NCBI GenBank assembly: GCA_043228905.1 | Contig: JBHGNT010000023.1 | Location: 558,001 to 622,000, forward strand | From: Azolla caroliniana | Taxonomy: Eukaryota > Plantae > Polypodiophyta | Reading direction: 5' to 3' | DNA length: 64,000 nucleotides | Shown: piece by piece, positions 27,801-41,288 of the stretch | Layout of the letters: every line of letters begins with the position of its first letter | Position numbering within the stretch: position 1 is the stretch's first letter | Notes under the pieces: generated by a model | Told to the model about the DNA's origin: nothing | The model's database searches: none | Seen by the model: the letters and a program-made list of their open reading frames with translations, nothing else | Translations under genes and position numbers: made by a program

Positions 27801-30800
27801 CTTGGGTCGAGAGACATGAAGAAATTAGTAAATTAGGGGAGGGAGTTTAGAAGAGCGCTTGAGTAAATTAAAATGTTCATAGCTGGCTCGTGTGATATCG
27901 GATTTTTGTGTTCAAACATGCGAATCGAAGCTAACAACACTAGCTATGATAAGGAATGAAAAATCAAGATTTTGAAACTCAGGTCGTGAGACATGAAGAT
28001 ATTAGTAAATTAGAGGAGGGAGTTGAGAAGAGCGCGTGAGTAAATTAAAATGTTCATAGCTGGCTCGTGTGATCCCGGATTTTTATGTTCAAAGATGCGA
28101 ATCGAAGCTAACAACACTACGTATGATATGGAATGAAAAAATCAAGATTTTGAAACTCAGGTCGAGAGACATGAAGAAATTGGTAAATTAGAGGAGGGTA
28201 TTGCAAGAGCGCGTGAGTAAATTAAAATGTTCATAGATGGCTCGTGTGATATCGGATTTTTGTGTTCAGAGATGCGAATCGAAGCTAACAACACTAGCTA
28301 TGATATGGAATTAAAAAATCAAGATTTTGAAACTCAGGTCGAGAGACATGAAGAAATTAGTAAATTAGAGGAGGGTGTTGACAAGAGCGCATGAGTAAAT
28401 TAAAATGTTCATACCTGGCTCTTGTGATATCGGATTTTAGGGTTCAGAGATGCCAATCGAAGCTAACAACACTAGCTATGATATGGAATTAAAAAATCAA
28501 GATTTCGAAACTTGGGTCGAGAGACATGAAGAAATTAGTAAATTAGGGGAGGGAGTTGATAAGAGCGCGTGAGTAAATTAAAATGTTCATAGCTGGCTCG
28601 TGTGATGTCGGATTTTTGTGTTCAAACATGCCAATCGAAGCTAACAACACTAGCTATGATATGGAATTAAAAAATCAAGATTTTGAGACTCAGGTCGAGA
28701 GACATGAAGAAATTAGTAAATTAGGGGAGGGAGTTTAGAAGAGCGCTTGAGTAAATTAAAATGTTCATAGCTGGCTCGTGTGATATCGGATTTTAGTGTT
28801 CAAACATGCGAATCGAAGCTAACAACACTTGCTATGATATGGAATCAAAAAATCAAGATTTTGAGACTCAGCTCGAGAGACATGAAGAAATTAGTAAATT
28901 AGGGGAGGGAGTTGATAAGAGCGCGTGAGTAAATTAAAATGTTAACAATCGAAGCTAACAACACTAGCTATGATATGGAATTAAAAAATCAAGATTTCGA
29001 AACTTGGGTCTAGAGACATGAAGAAATTAGTAAATTAGGGGAGGGAGTTTAGAAGAGCGCTTGAGTAAATTAAAATGTTCATAGCTGGCTCGTGTGATAT
29101 TGGATTTTTGTGTTCAAACATGCGAATCGAAGCTAACAACACTTGCTATGATATGGAATCAAAAAATCAAGATTTTGAGACTCAGCTCGAGAGACATGAA
29201 GAAATTAGTAAGTTAGGGGAGGGAGTTGATAAGAGCGCGTGAGTAAATTAAAATGTTCATACCTGGCTCGTGTGATACCGGATTTTTGTGTTCAAACATG
29301 CGAATCGAAGCTAACAACACTAGCTAGGATATGGAATTAAAAAATCAAGATTTTGAAACTCAGGTCGAGAGACATGTAGAAATTAGTAAATTAGGGGAGG
29401 GAGCTAGGAAGAGCGCGTGAGTAAATTAAAATGTTCATACCTGGCTCGTGTGATCCCGGATTTTTGTGTTCAAAGATGCGAATCGAAGCTAACAACACTA
29501 GCTATGATATGGAATTAAAAAATCAAGATTTTGAAACTTGGGTCGAGAGACATGAAGAAATTAGTAAAGTAGGGGAGGGAGTTGAGAAGAGCGCGTGAGT
29601 AAATTAAAATGTTCATACCTGGCTCGTGTGATATCGGATTTTAGTGTTCAAACATGCGAATCGAAGCTAACAACACTAGCTATGATATGGAATTAAAAAA
29701 TCAAGATTTTGAAACTCAGGTCGAGAGACATGAAGAAATTAGTAAAGTAGGGGAGGGAGTTGAGAAGAGCGCGTGAGTAAATTAAAATGTTCATAGCTGG
29801 CTCGTGTGATATCGGATTTTAGTGTTCAAACATGCGAATCGAAGCTAACAACACTAGCTATGATATGGAATTAAGAAATCAATATTTTGAAACTTAGGTC
29901 GAGAGACATGAAGAAATTAGTAAATTAGAGGAGGGCGTTGACGAGAGCGCGTGAGTAAATTAAAATGTTCATAGCTGGCTCCTGTGATATTGGATTTTTG
30001 TGTTCAAACATGCGAATCGAAGCTAACAACACTTGCTATGATATGGAATCAAAAAATCAAGATTTTGAGACTCAGCTCGAGAGACATGAAGAAATTAGTA
30101 AATTAGGGGAGGGAGTTGATAAGAGCGCGTGAGTAAATTAAAATGTTTATACCTGGCTCGTGTGATACCGGATTTTTGTGTTCAAACATGCGAATCGAAG
30201 CTAACAACACTAGCTAGGATATGGAATTAAAAAATCAAGATTTTGAAACTCAGGTCGAGAGACATGAAGAAATTAGTAAATTAGGGGAGGGAGCTAGGAA
30301 GAGCGCGCGAGTAAATTAAAATGTTCATAGCTGGCTCGTGTGATATCGGATTTTAGTGTTCAAAGATGCCAATCGAAGCTAACAACACTAGCTATGATAA
30401 GAAATGAAAAAATCAAGATTTTGAAACTCAGGTCGAGAGACATGAAGATATTAGTAAATTAGAGGAGGGAGTTGAGAAGAGCGCGTGAGTAAATTAAAAT
30501 GTTCATAGCTGGCTCGTGTGATCCCGGATTTTTATGTTCAAAGATGCGAATCGAAGCTAACAACACTACGTATGATATGGAATGAAAAAATCAAGATTTT
30601 GAAACTTGGGTCGAGAGACATCAAGAAATTAGTAAATTACATGAGGGAGTTGAGAAGAGCGCGTGAGTAAATTAAACTGTTCATAGCTGGCTCGTGTGAT
30701 ATCGGATTTTAGTGTTCAAACATATGAATCGAAGCTAACAACACTAGCTATGATATGGAATTAAAAAATCAAGATTTTGAAACTTGGGTCGAGAGACATC

Positions 30801-33800
30801 AAGAAATTAGTAAATTACATGACGGAGTTGAGAAGAGCGCGCGAGTAAATTAAAATGTTCATAGCTGGCTCGTGTGATGTCGGATTTTTGTGTTCAAACA
30901 TGCTAATCAAAGCTAACAACACTAGCTATGATAAGGAATGAAAAAATCAAGATTTTGAAACTCAGGTCGAGAGACATGAAGATATTAGTAAATTAGAGGA
31001 GGGAGTTGAGAAGAGCGCGTGAGTAAATTAAAATGTTCATAGCTGGCTCGTGTGATCCCGGATTTTTATGTTCAAAGATGCGAATCGAAGCTAACAACAC
31101 TACGTATGATATGGAATGAAAAAATCAAGATTTTGAAACTCAGGTCGAGAGACATGAAGATATTAGTAAATTAGAGGAGGGAGTTGAGAAGAGCGCGTGA
31201 GTAAATTAAAATGTTCATAGCTGGCTCCTGTGATATCGGATTTTTGTGTTCAGAGATGCGAATCGAAGCTAACAACACTAGCTATGATATGGAATTAAAA
31301 AATCAAGATTTTGAAACTCAGGTCGAGAGACATGAAAAAATTAGTAAATTAGAGGAGGGTGTTGACAAGAGCGCATGAGTAAATTAAAATGTTCATACCT
31401 GGCTCTTGTGATATCGGATTTTAGTGTTCAAAGATGCCAATCGAAGCTAACAACACTAGCTATTATATCGAATTAAAAAATCAAAATTTCGAAACTCAGG
31501 TCGAGAGACATGAAGAAATTAGTAAAGTAGGGGAGGGAGTTGAGAAGAGCGCGTGAGTAAATTAAAATGTTCATAGCTGGCTCGTGTGATATCGGATTTT
31601 AGTGTTCAAACATGCGAATCAAAGCTAACAACACTAGCTATGATAAGGAATGAAAAAATCATGATTTTGAAACTTGGGTCGAGAGACATGAAGAAATTAG
31701 TAAATTAGAGGAGGGTGTTGACGAGAGCGCGTGAGTAAATTAAAATGTTCATAGCTGGCTCGTGTGATATCGGATTTTAGTGTTCAAACATGCGAATCGG
31801 ATCTAACAACACTAACTATGATATGGAATTAAAAAATCAATATTTTGAAACTTGGGTCGAGAGATATCAAGAAATTAGTAAATTACATGAGGGAGTTGAG
31901 AAGAGCGCGTGAGTAAATTAAACTGTTCATAGCTGGCTCGTGTGATATCGGATTTTAGTGTTCAAACATATGAATCGAAGCTAACAACACTAGCTATGAT
32001 ATGGAATTAAAAAATCAAGATTTTGAAACTTGGGTCGAGAGACATCAAGAAATTAGTAAATTACATGACGGAGTTGAGAAGAGCGCGCGAGTAAATTAAA
32101 ATGTTCATAGCTGGCTCGTGTGATATCGGATTTTAGTGTTCAAAGATGCCAATCGAAGCTAACAACACTAGCTATGAGAAGAAATGAAAAAATCAAGATT
32201 TTGAAACTCAGGTCGAGAGACATGAAGATATTAGTAAATTAGAGGAGGGAGTTGAGAAGAGCGCGTGAGTAAATTAAAATGTTCATAGCTGGCTCGTGTG
32301 ATCCCGGATTTTTATGTTCAAAGATGCGAATCGAAGCTAACAACACTACGTATGATATGGAATGAAAAAATCAAGATTTTGAAACTTGGGTCGAGAGACA
32401 TCAAGAAATTAGTAAATTACATGAGGGAGTTGAGAAGAGCGCGTGAGTAAATTAAACTGTTCATAGCTGGCTCGTGTGATATCGGATTTTAGTGTTCAAA
32501 CATATGAATCGAAGGTAACAGCACTAGCTATGATATGGAATTAAAAAATCAAGATTTTGAAACTTGGGTCGAGAGACATCAAGAAATTAGTAAATTACAT
32601 GACGGAGTTGAGAAGAGCGCGCGAGTAAATTAAAATGTTCATAGCTGGCTCGTGTGATATCGGATTTTAGTGTTCAAAGATGCCAATCGAAGCTAACAAC
32701 ACTAGCTATGATAAGAAATGAAAAAATCAAGATTTCGAAACTCAGGTCGAGAGACATGAAGATATTAGTAAATTAGAGGAGGGAGTTGAGAAGAGCGCGT
32801 GAGTAAATTAAAATGTTCATAGCTGGCTCGTGTGATCCCGGATTTTTATGTTCAAAGATGCGAATCGAAGCTAACAACACTACGTTTGATATGGAATGAA
32901 AAAATCAAGATTTTGAAACTCAGGTCGAGAGACATGAAGAAATTGGTAAATTAGAGGAGGGTATTGCAAGAGCGCGTGAGTAAATTAAAATGTTCATAAC
33001 TGGCTCGTGTGATATCGGATTTTTGTGTTCAGAGATGCGAATCGAATCTAACAGCACTAGCTATGATATGGAATTAAAAAATCAAGATTTTGAAACACAG
33101 GTCGAGAGACATGAAGAAATTAGTAAATTAGAGGAGGGTGTTGACAAGAGGGCATGAGTAAATTAAAATGTTCATACCTGGCTCTTGTGATATCGGATTT
33201 TAGTGTTCAAAGATGCCAATCGAAGCTAACAACACTAGCTATGATATGGAATTAAAAAATCAAGATTTCGAAACTTGGGTCGAGAGACATGAAGAAATTA
33301 GTAAATTAGGGGAGGGAGTTGAGAAGAGCGCGTGAGTAAATTAAAATGTTCATAGCTGGCTCGTGTGATATCGGATTTTTGTGTTCAAACATGCGAATCG
33401 AAGCTAACAACACTTGCTATGATATGGAATCAAAAAATCAAGATTTTGAGACTCAGGTCGAGAGACATGAAGAAATTAGTAAATTAGGGTAGGGAGTTTA
33501 GAAGAGCGCTTGAGTAAATTAAAATGTTCATAGCTGGCTCGTGTGATATCGGATTTTAGTGTTCAAACATGCGAATCGAAGCTAACAACACTTGCTATGA
33601 TATGGAATCAAAAAATCAAGATTTTGAGACTCAGCTCGAGAGACATGAAGACATTAGTAAATTAGGGGAGGGAGTTGATAAGAGCGCGTGAGTAAATTAA
33701 AATGTTAACAATCGAAGCTAACAACACTAGCTATGATATGGAATTAAAAAATCAAGATTTCGAAACTTGGGTCTAGAGACATGAAGAAATTAGTAAATTA

Positions 33801-36110
33801 GGGGAGGGAGTTTAGAAGAGCGCTTGAGTAAATTAAAATGTTCATAGCTGGCTCGTGTGATATCGGATTTTTGTGTTCAAACATGCGAATCGAAGCTAAC
33901 AACACTTGCTATGATATGGAATCAAAAAATCAAGATTTTGAGACTCAGCTCGAGAGACATGAAGAAATTAGTAAATTAGGGGAGGGAGTTGATAAGAGCG
34001 CGTGAGTAAATTAAAATGTTCATACCTGGCTCGTGTGATACCGGATTTTTGTGTTCAAACATGCGAATCGAAGCTAACAACACTAGCTAGGATATGGAAT
34101 TAAAAAATCAAGATTTTGAAACTCAGGTCGAGAGACATGAAGAAATTAGTAAATTAGGGGAGGGAGCTAGGAAGAGCGCGTGAGTAAATTAAAATGTTCA
34201 TACCTGGCTCGTGTGATGTCGGATTTTTGTGTTCAAAGATGCGAATCGAAGCTAACAACACTAGCTATGATATGGAATTAAAAAATCAAGATTTTGAAAC
34301 TTGGGTCGAGAGACATGAAAAAATTAATAAAGTAGGGGAGGGAGTTGATAAGAGCGCGTGAGTAAATTAAAATGTTCATAGCTGGCTCGTGTGATATCGG
34401 ATTTTAGTGTTCAAACATGAGAATCGAAGCTAATAACACTAGCTATGATATGGAATTAAAAAATCAAGATTTTGAAACTTGGGTCGAGAGACATCAAGAA
34501 ATTAGTAAATTACATGACGGAGTTGAGAAGAGCGCGTGAGTAAATTAAAATGTTCATAGCTGGCTCGTGTGATACCGGATTTTTGTGTTCAAAGATGCCA
34601 ATCGAAGCTAACAACACTTGCTATGATATGGAATTAAAAAATCAAGATTTTGAAACTCAGGTCGAGAGACATGAAGAAATTAGTAAAGTAGGGGAGGGAG
34701 TTGAGAAGAGCGCGTGAGTAAATTAAAATGTTCATAGCTGGCTCGTGTGATATCGGATTTTAGTGTTCAAACATGCGAATCGAAGCTAACAACACTAACT
34801 ATGATATGGAATTAAAAAATCAAGATTTTGAAACTTGGGTCTAGAGATATCAAGAAATTAGTAAATTACATGAGGGAGTTGAGAAGAGCGCGTGAGTAAA
34901 TTAAAATGTTCATAGCTGGCTCGTGTGATATCGGATTTTAGTGTTCAAACATGCGAATCAAAGCTAACAACACTAGCTATGATAAGGAATGAAAAAATCA
35001 AGATTTTGAAACTCAGGTCGAGAGACATGAAGATATTAGTAAATTAGAGGAGGGAGTTGAGAAGAGCGCGTGAGTAAATTAAAATGTTCATAGCTGGCTC
35101 GTGTGATCCCGGATTTTTATGTTCAAAGATGCGAATCGAAGCTAACAACACTACGTATGATATGGAATTAAAAAATCAAGATTTTGAAACTCAGGTCGAG
35201 AGACATGAAGAAATTAGTAAATTAGAGGAGGGTGTTGACAAGAGCGCATGAGTAAATTAAAATGTTCATACCTGGCTCTTGGGATATCGGATTTTAGTGT
35301 TCAAAGATGCGAATCGAAGCTAACAACACTAGCTATGATATGGAATTAAAAAATCAAGATTTCGAAACTTGGGTCGAGAGACATGAAGAAATTAGTAAAT
35401 TAGGGGAGGGAGTTTAGAAGAGCGCTTGAGTAAATTAAAATGTTCATAGCTGGCTCGTGTGATATCGGATTTTTGTGTTCAAACATGCGAATCGAAGCTA
35501 ACAACACTAGCTATGATAAGGAATGAAAAATCAAGATTTTGAAACTCAGGTCGTGAGACATGAAGATATTAGTAAATTAGAGGAGGGAGTTGAGAAGAGC
35601 GCGTGAGTAAATTAAAATGTTCATAGCTGGCTCGTGTGATCCCGGATTTTTATGTTCAAAGATGCGAATCGAAGCTAACAACACTACGTATGATATGGAA
35701 TGAAAAAATCAAGATTTTGAAACTCAGGTCGAGAGACATGAAGAAATTGGTAAATTAGAGGAGGGTATTGCAAGAGCGCGTGAGTAAATTAAAATGTTCA
35801 TAGATGGCTCGTGTGATATCGGATTTTTGTGTTCAGAGATGCGAATCGAAGCTAACAACACTAGCTATGATATGGAATTAAAAAATCAAGATTTTGAAAC
35901 TCAGGTCGAGAGACATGAAGAAATTAGTAAATTAGAGGAGGGTGTTGACAAGAGCGCATGAGTAAATTAAAATGTTCATACCTGGCTCTTGTGATATCGG
36001 ATTTTAGGGTTCAGAGATGCCAATCGAAGCTAACAACACTAGCTATGATATGGAATTAAAAAATCAAGATTTCGAAACTTGGGTCGAGAGACATGAAGAA
36101 ATTAGTAAAT
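18450..36110 (+). repeat. About 7.57-kb tandem duplication whose copies are now offset by 10,015-10,016 bp because of a nested 2448-bp duplication
   Basis: GTTAAC markers at 18925, 26493 and 28941 and at 23689 and 33704; rare variants (ACATGTAG, GGATCTAAC, GAAGGTAACAGC) recur at about +10015. Confidence 0.88.
24383..29278 (+). repeat. 2448-bp (14-monomer) tandem duplication
   Basis: CATGAGAATC at 24401 and 26849; AATCGTAG SNP at 24590 and 27038; hybrid junction GATACCGGATTTTAGTG near 26830. Confidence 0.88.
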
Positions 36111-36684
36111 TACATGAGGGAGTTGATAAGAGCGCGTGAGTAAATTAAAATGTTCATAGCTGGCTCGTGTGATATCGGATTTTAGTGTTCAAAGATGCGA
36201 ATCGAAGCTAACAACACTAGCTATGATAAGGAATGAAAAAATCAAGATTTTGAAACTCAGGTCGAGAGACATGAAGATATTAGTAAATTAGAGGAGGGAG
36301 TTGAGAAGAGCGCGTGAGTAAATTAAAATGTTCATAGCTGGCTCGTGTGATCCCGGATTTTTATGTTCAAACATGCGAATCGAAGCTAACAACACTAGCT
36401 ATGATATGGAATTAAAAAATCAAGATTTTGAAACTCAGGTCGAGAGAGATGAAGAAATTAGTAAATTAGAGGAGGGTATTGCAAGAGCGCGTGAGTAAAT
36501 TAAAATGTTCAAAGCTGGCTCGTGTGATATCGGATTTTTGTGTTCAAACATGCGAATCGAAGCTAACAACACTTGCTATGATATGGAATCAAAAAATCAA
36601 GATTTTGAGACTCAGCTCGAGAGACATGAAGAAATTAGTAAATTAGGGGAGGGAGTTGATAAGAGCGCGTGAGTAAATTAAAAT

Positions 36685-36956
36685 GTTAACAATCGAAGCT
36701 AACAACACTAGCTATGATATGGAATTAAAAAATCAAGATTTCGAAACTTGGGTCTAGAGACATGAAGAAATTAGTAAATTAGGGGAGGGAGTTGATAAGA
36801 GCGCGTGAGTAAATTAAAATGTTAACAATCGAAGCTAACAACACTAGCTATGATATGGAATTAAAAAATCAAGATTTCGAAACTTGGGTCGAGAGACATA
36901 AAGAAATTAGTAAATTAGAGGAGGGTGTTGACCAGAGCGCGTGAGTAAATTAAAAT
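36685..36956 (+). repeat. Doublet of 136-bp deletion monomer (GTTAAC junction)
   Basis: AAAATGTTAACAATCG junction at 36685 and 36821. Confidence 0.92.
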
Positions 36957-39900
36957 GTTCATAGCTGGCTCGTGTGATATCGGATTTTAGTGTTCAAACA
37001 TTGGAATCGAAGCTAACAACACTAACTATGATATGGAATTAAAAAATCAATATTTTGAAACTTGGGTCGAGAGATATTAAGAAATTAGTAAATTACATGA
37101 GGGAGTTGATAAGAGCGCGTGAGTAAATTAAAATGTTCATAGCTGGCTCGTGTGATATCGGATTTTAGTGTTCAAACATGAGAATCGAAGCTAATAACAC
37201 TAGCTATGATATGGAATTAAAAAATCAAGATTTTGAAACTTGGGTCGAGAGACATCAAGAAATTAGTAAATTACATGACGGAGTTGAGAAGAGCGTGTGA
37301 GTAAATTAAAATGTTCATAGCTGGCTCGTGTGATACCGGACTTTTGTGTTCAAAGATGCCAATCGAAGCTAACAACACTAGCTATGATATGAAATGAAAA
37401 AATCAAGATTTTGAAACTCAGGTCGAAAGCGCGTGAGTAAATTAAAATGTTCATAGCTGGCTCGTGTGATATCGGATTTTTGTGTTCAAACATGCGAATC
37501 GAAGCTAACAACACTTGCTATGATATGGAATTAAAAAATCAAGATTTTGAAACTCAGGTCGAGAGACATGAAGAAATTAGTAAAGTAGGGGAGGGAGTTG
37601 AGAAGAGCGCGTGAGTAAATTAAAATGTTCATAGCTGGCTCGTGTGATATCGGATTTTAGTGTTCAAACATGCGAATCGAAGCTAACAACACTAACTATC
37701 ATATGGAATTAAAAAATCAAGATTTTGAAACTTGGGTCTAGAGATATCAAGAAATTAGTAAATTACATGAGGGAGTTGATAAGAGCGCGTGAGTAAATTA
37801 AAATGTTCATAGCTGGCTCGTGTGATATCGGATTTTAGTGTTCAAACATGCGAATCAAAGCTAACAACACTAGCTATGATAAGGAATGAAAAAATCAAGA
37901 TTTTGAAACTCAGGTCGAGAGACATGAAGATATTAGTAAATTAGAGGAGGGAGTTGAGAAGAGCGCGTGAGTAAATTAAAATGTTCATAGCTGGCTCGTG
38001 TGATCCCGGATTTTTATGTTCAAAGATGCGAATCGAAGCTAACAACACTACGTATGATATGGAATTAAAAAATCAAGATTTTGAAACTCAGGTCGAGAGA
38101 CATGAAGAAATTAGTAAATTAGAGGAGGGTGTTGACAAGAGCGCATGAGTAAATTAAAATGTTCATACCTGGCTCTTGGGATATCGGATTTTAGTGTTCA
38201 AAGATGCGAATCGAAGCTAACAACACTAGCTATGATATGGAATTAAAAAATCAAGATTTCGAAACTTGGGTCGAGAGACATGAAGAAATTAGTAAATTAG
38301 GGGAGGGAATTTAGAAGAGCGCTTGAGTAAATTAAAATGTTCATAGCTGGCTCGTGTGATATCGGATTTTTGTGTTCAAACATGCGAATCGAAGCTAACA
38401 ACACTAGCTATGATAAGGAATGAAAAATCAAGATTTTGAAACTCAGGTCGTGAGAGATGAAGAAATTAGTAAATTAGAGGAGGGAGTTGAGAAGAGCGCG
38501 TGAGTAAATTAAAATGTTCATAGCTGGCTCGTGTGATCCCGGATTTTTATGTTCAAAGATGCGAATCGAAGCTAACAACACTACGTATGATATGGAATGA
38601 AAAAATCAAGATTTTGAAACTCAGGTCGAGAGACATGAAGAAATTGGTAAATTAGAGGAGGGTATTGCAAGAGCGCGTGAGTAAATTAAAATGTTCATAC
38701 CTGGCTCTTGTGATATCGGATTTTTGTGTTCAGAGATGCGAATCGAAGCTAACAACACTAGCTATGATATGGAATTAAAAAATCAAGATTTTGAAACTCA
38801 GGTCGAGAGACATGAAGAAATTAGTAAATTAGAGGAGGGTGTTGACAAGAGCGCATGAGTAAATTAAAATGTTCATACTTGGCTCTTGTGATATCGGATT
38901 TTAGTGGTCAGAGATGCCAATCGAAGCTAACAACACTAGCTATGATATGGAATTAAAAAATCAAGATTTCGAAACTTGGGTCGAGAGACATGAAGAAATT
39001 AGTAAATTACATGAGGGAGTTGATAAGAGCGCGTGAGTAAATTAAAATGTTCATAGCTGGCTCGTGTGATATCGGATTTTAGTGTTCAAAGATGCGAATC
39101 GAAGCTAACAACACTAGCTATGATAAGGAATGAAAAAATCAAGATTTTGAAACTCAGGTCGAGAGACATGAAGATATTAGTAAATTAGAGGAGGGAGTTG
39201 AGAAGAGCGCGTGAGTAAATTAAAATGTTCATAGCTGGCTCGTGTGATCCCGGATTTTTATGTTCAAACATGCGAATCGAAGCTAACAACACTAGCTATG
39301 ATATGGAATTAAAAAATCAAGATTTTGAAACTCAGGTCGAGAGAGATGAAGAAATTAGTAAATTAGAGGAGGGTATTGCAAGAGCGCGTGAGTAAATTAA
39401 AATGTTCAAAGCTGGCTCGTGTGATATCGGATTTTTGTGTTCAAAGATGCCAATCGAAGCTAAGAACACTAGCTATGATATGGAATTAAAAAATCAAGAT
39501 TTTGAAACTCAGATCGAGAGACATGAAGAAATTAGTAAATTAGAGGAGGGTGTTGACAAGAGCGCATGAGTAAATTAAAATGTTCATACCTGGCTCTTGT
39601 GATATCGGATTTTTGTGTTCAAAGATACCAATCGAAGCTAACAACACTAGCTATGATATGGAATTAAAAAATCAAGATTTTGAAACTCAGGTCGAGAGAC
39701 ATGAAGAAATTAGTAAATTAGAGGAGGGTGTTGACAAGAGCGCATGAGTAAATTAAAATGTTCATACCTGGCTCTTGTGATATCGGATTTTAGTGTTCAG
39801 AGATGCCAATCGAAGCTAACAACACTAGCTATGATATGGAATTAAAAAATCAAGATTTCGAAACTTGGGTCGAGAGACATGAAGAAATTAGTAAATTACA

Positions 39901-41264
39901 TGAGGGAGTTGATAAGAGCGCGTGAGTAAATTAAAATGTTCATAGCTGGCTCGTGTGATATCGGATTTTAGTGTTCAAAGATGCGAATCGAAGCTAACAA
40001 CACTAGCTATGATAAGGAATGAAAAAATCAAGATTTTGAAACTCAGGTCGAGAGACATGAAGATATTAGTAAATTAGAGGAGGGATTTGAGAAGAGCGCG
40101 TGAGTAAATTAAAATGTTCATAGCTGGCTCGTGTGATCCCGGATTTTTATGTTCAAACATGCGAATCGAAGCTAACAACACTAGCTATGATATGAAATTA
40201 AAAAATCAAGATTTTGAAACTCAGGTCGAGAGAGATGAAGAAATTAGTAAATTAGAGGAGGGTATTGCAAGAGCGCGTGAGTAAATTAAAATGTTCAAAG
40301 CTGGCTCGTGTGATATCGGATTTTTGTGTTCAAAGATGCCAATCGAAGCTAACAACACTAGCTATGATATGGAATTAAAAAATCAAGATTTTGAAACTCA
40401 GATCGAGAGACATGAATAAATTAGTAAATTAGAGGAGGGTGTTGACAAGAGCGCATGAGTAAATTAAAATGTTCATACCTGGCTCTTGTGATATCGGATT
40501 TTTGTGTTCAAAGATACCAATCGAAGCTAACAACACTAGCTATGATATGGAATTAAAAAATCAAAATTTCGGAACTTGGGTCGAGAGGCATGAAGAAATT
40601 AGTAAATTAGGGGAGGGAGTTTAGAAGAGCGCGTGAGTAAATTAAAATGTTCATAGCTGGCTCGTGTGATATCGGATTTTTGTGTTCAAACATGCGAATC
40701 GAAGCTAACAACACTTGCTATGATATGGAATTAAAAAATCAAGATTTTGAAACTCAGGTCGAGAGACATGAAGAAATTAGTAAATGACATGAGGGAGTTG
40801 ACAAGAGCGCATGAGTAAATTAAAATGTTCATACCTGGCTCTTGTGATATCGGATTTTAGTGTTCAAAGATGCCAATCGAAGCTAACAACACTAGCTATG
40901 ATATGGAATTAAAAAATCAAAATTTCGAAACTTGGGGCGAGAGACATGAAGAAATTAGTAAATTAGGGGAGGGAGTTGAGAAGAGCGCGTGAGTAAATTA
41001 AAATGTTCATAGCTGGCTCGTGTGATATCGGATTTTTGTGTTCAAACATGCGAATCGAAGCTAACAACACTTGCTATGATATGGAATTAAAAAATCAAGA
41101 TTCTGAAACTCAGGTCGAAAGACATGAAGAAATTAGTAAAGTAGGGGAGGGTGTTGACGAGAGCGCGTGAGTAAATTAAAATGTTCATAGCTGGTTCGTG
41201 CGATATCGGATTTTAGTGTTCAAACATGCGAATCGAAGCTAACAACACTAACTATGATATGGAA

Positions 41265-41288
41265 GGGTTTAGGGTTTAGGGTTTAGGG
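41265..41288 (+). repeat. Interstitial telomeric tract GGG(TTTAGGG)3 inside a satellite monomer, copy 1 (right flank type A)
   Basis: ATGGAA-GGGTTTAGGGTTTAGGGTTTAGGG-TTGGGTCGAGAGACATCAAG. Confidence 0.97.
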
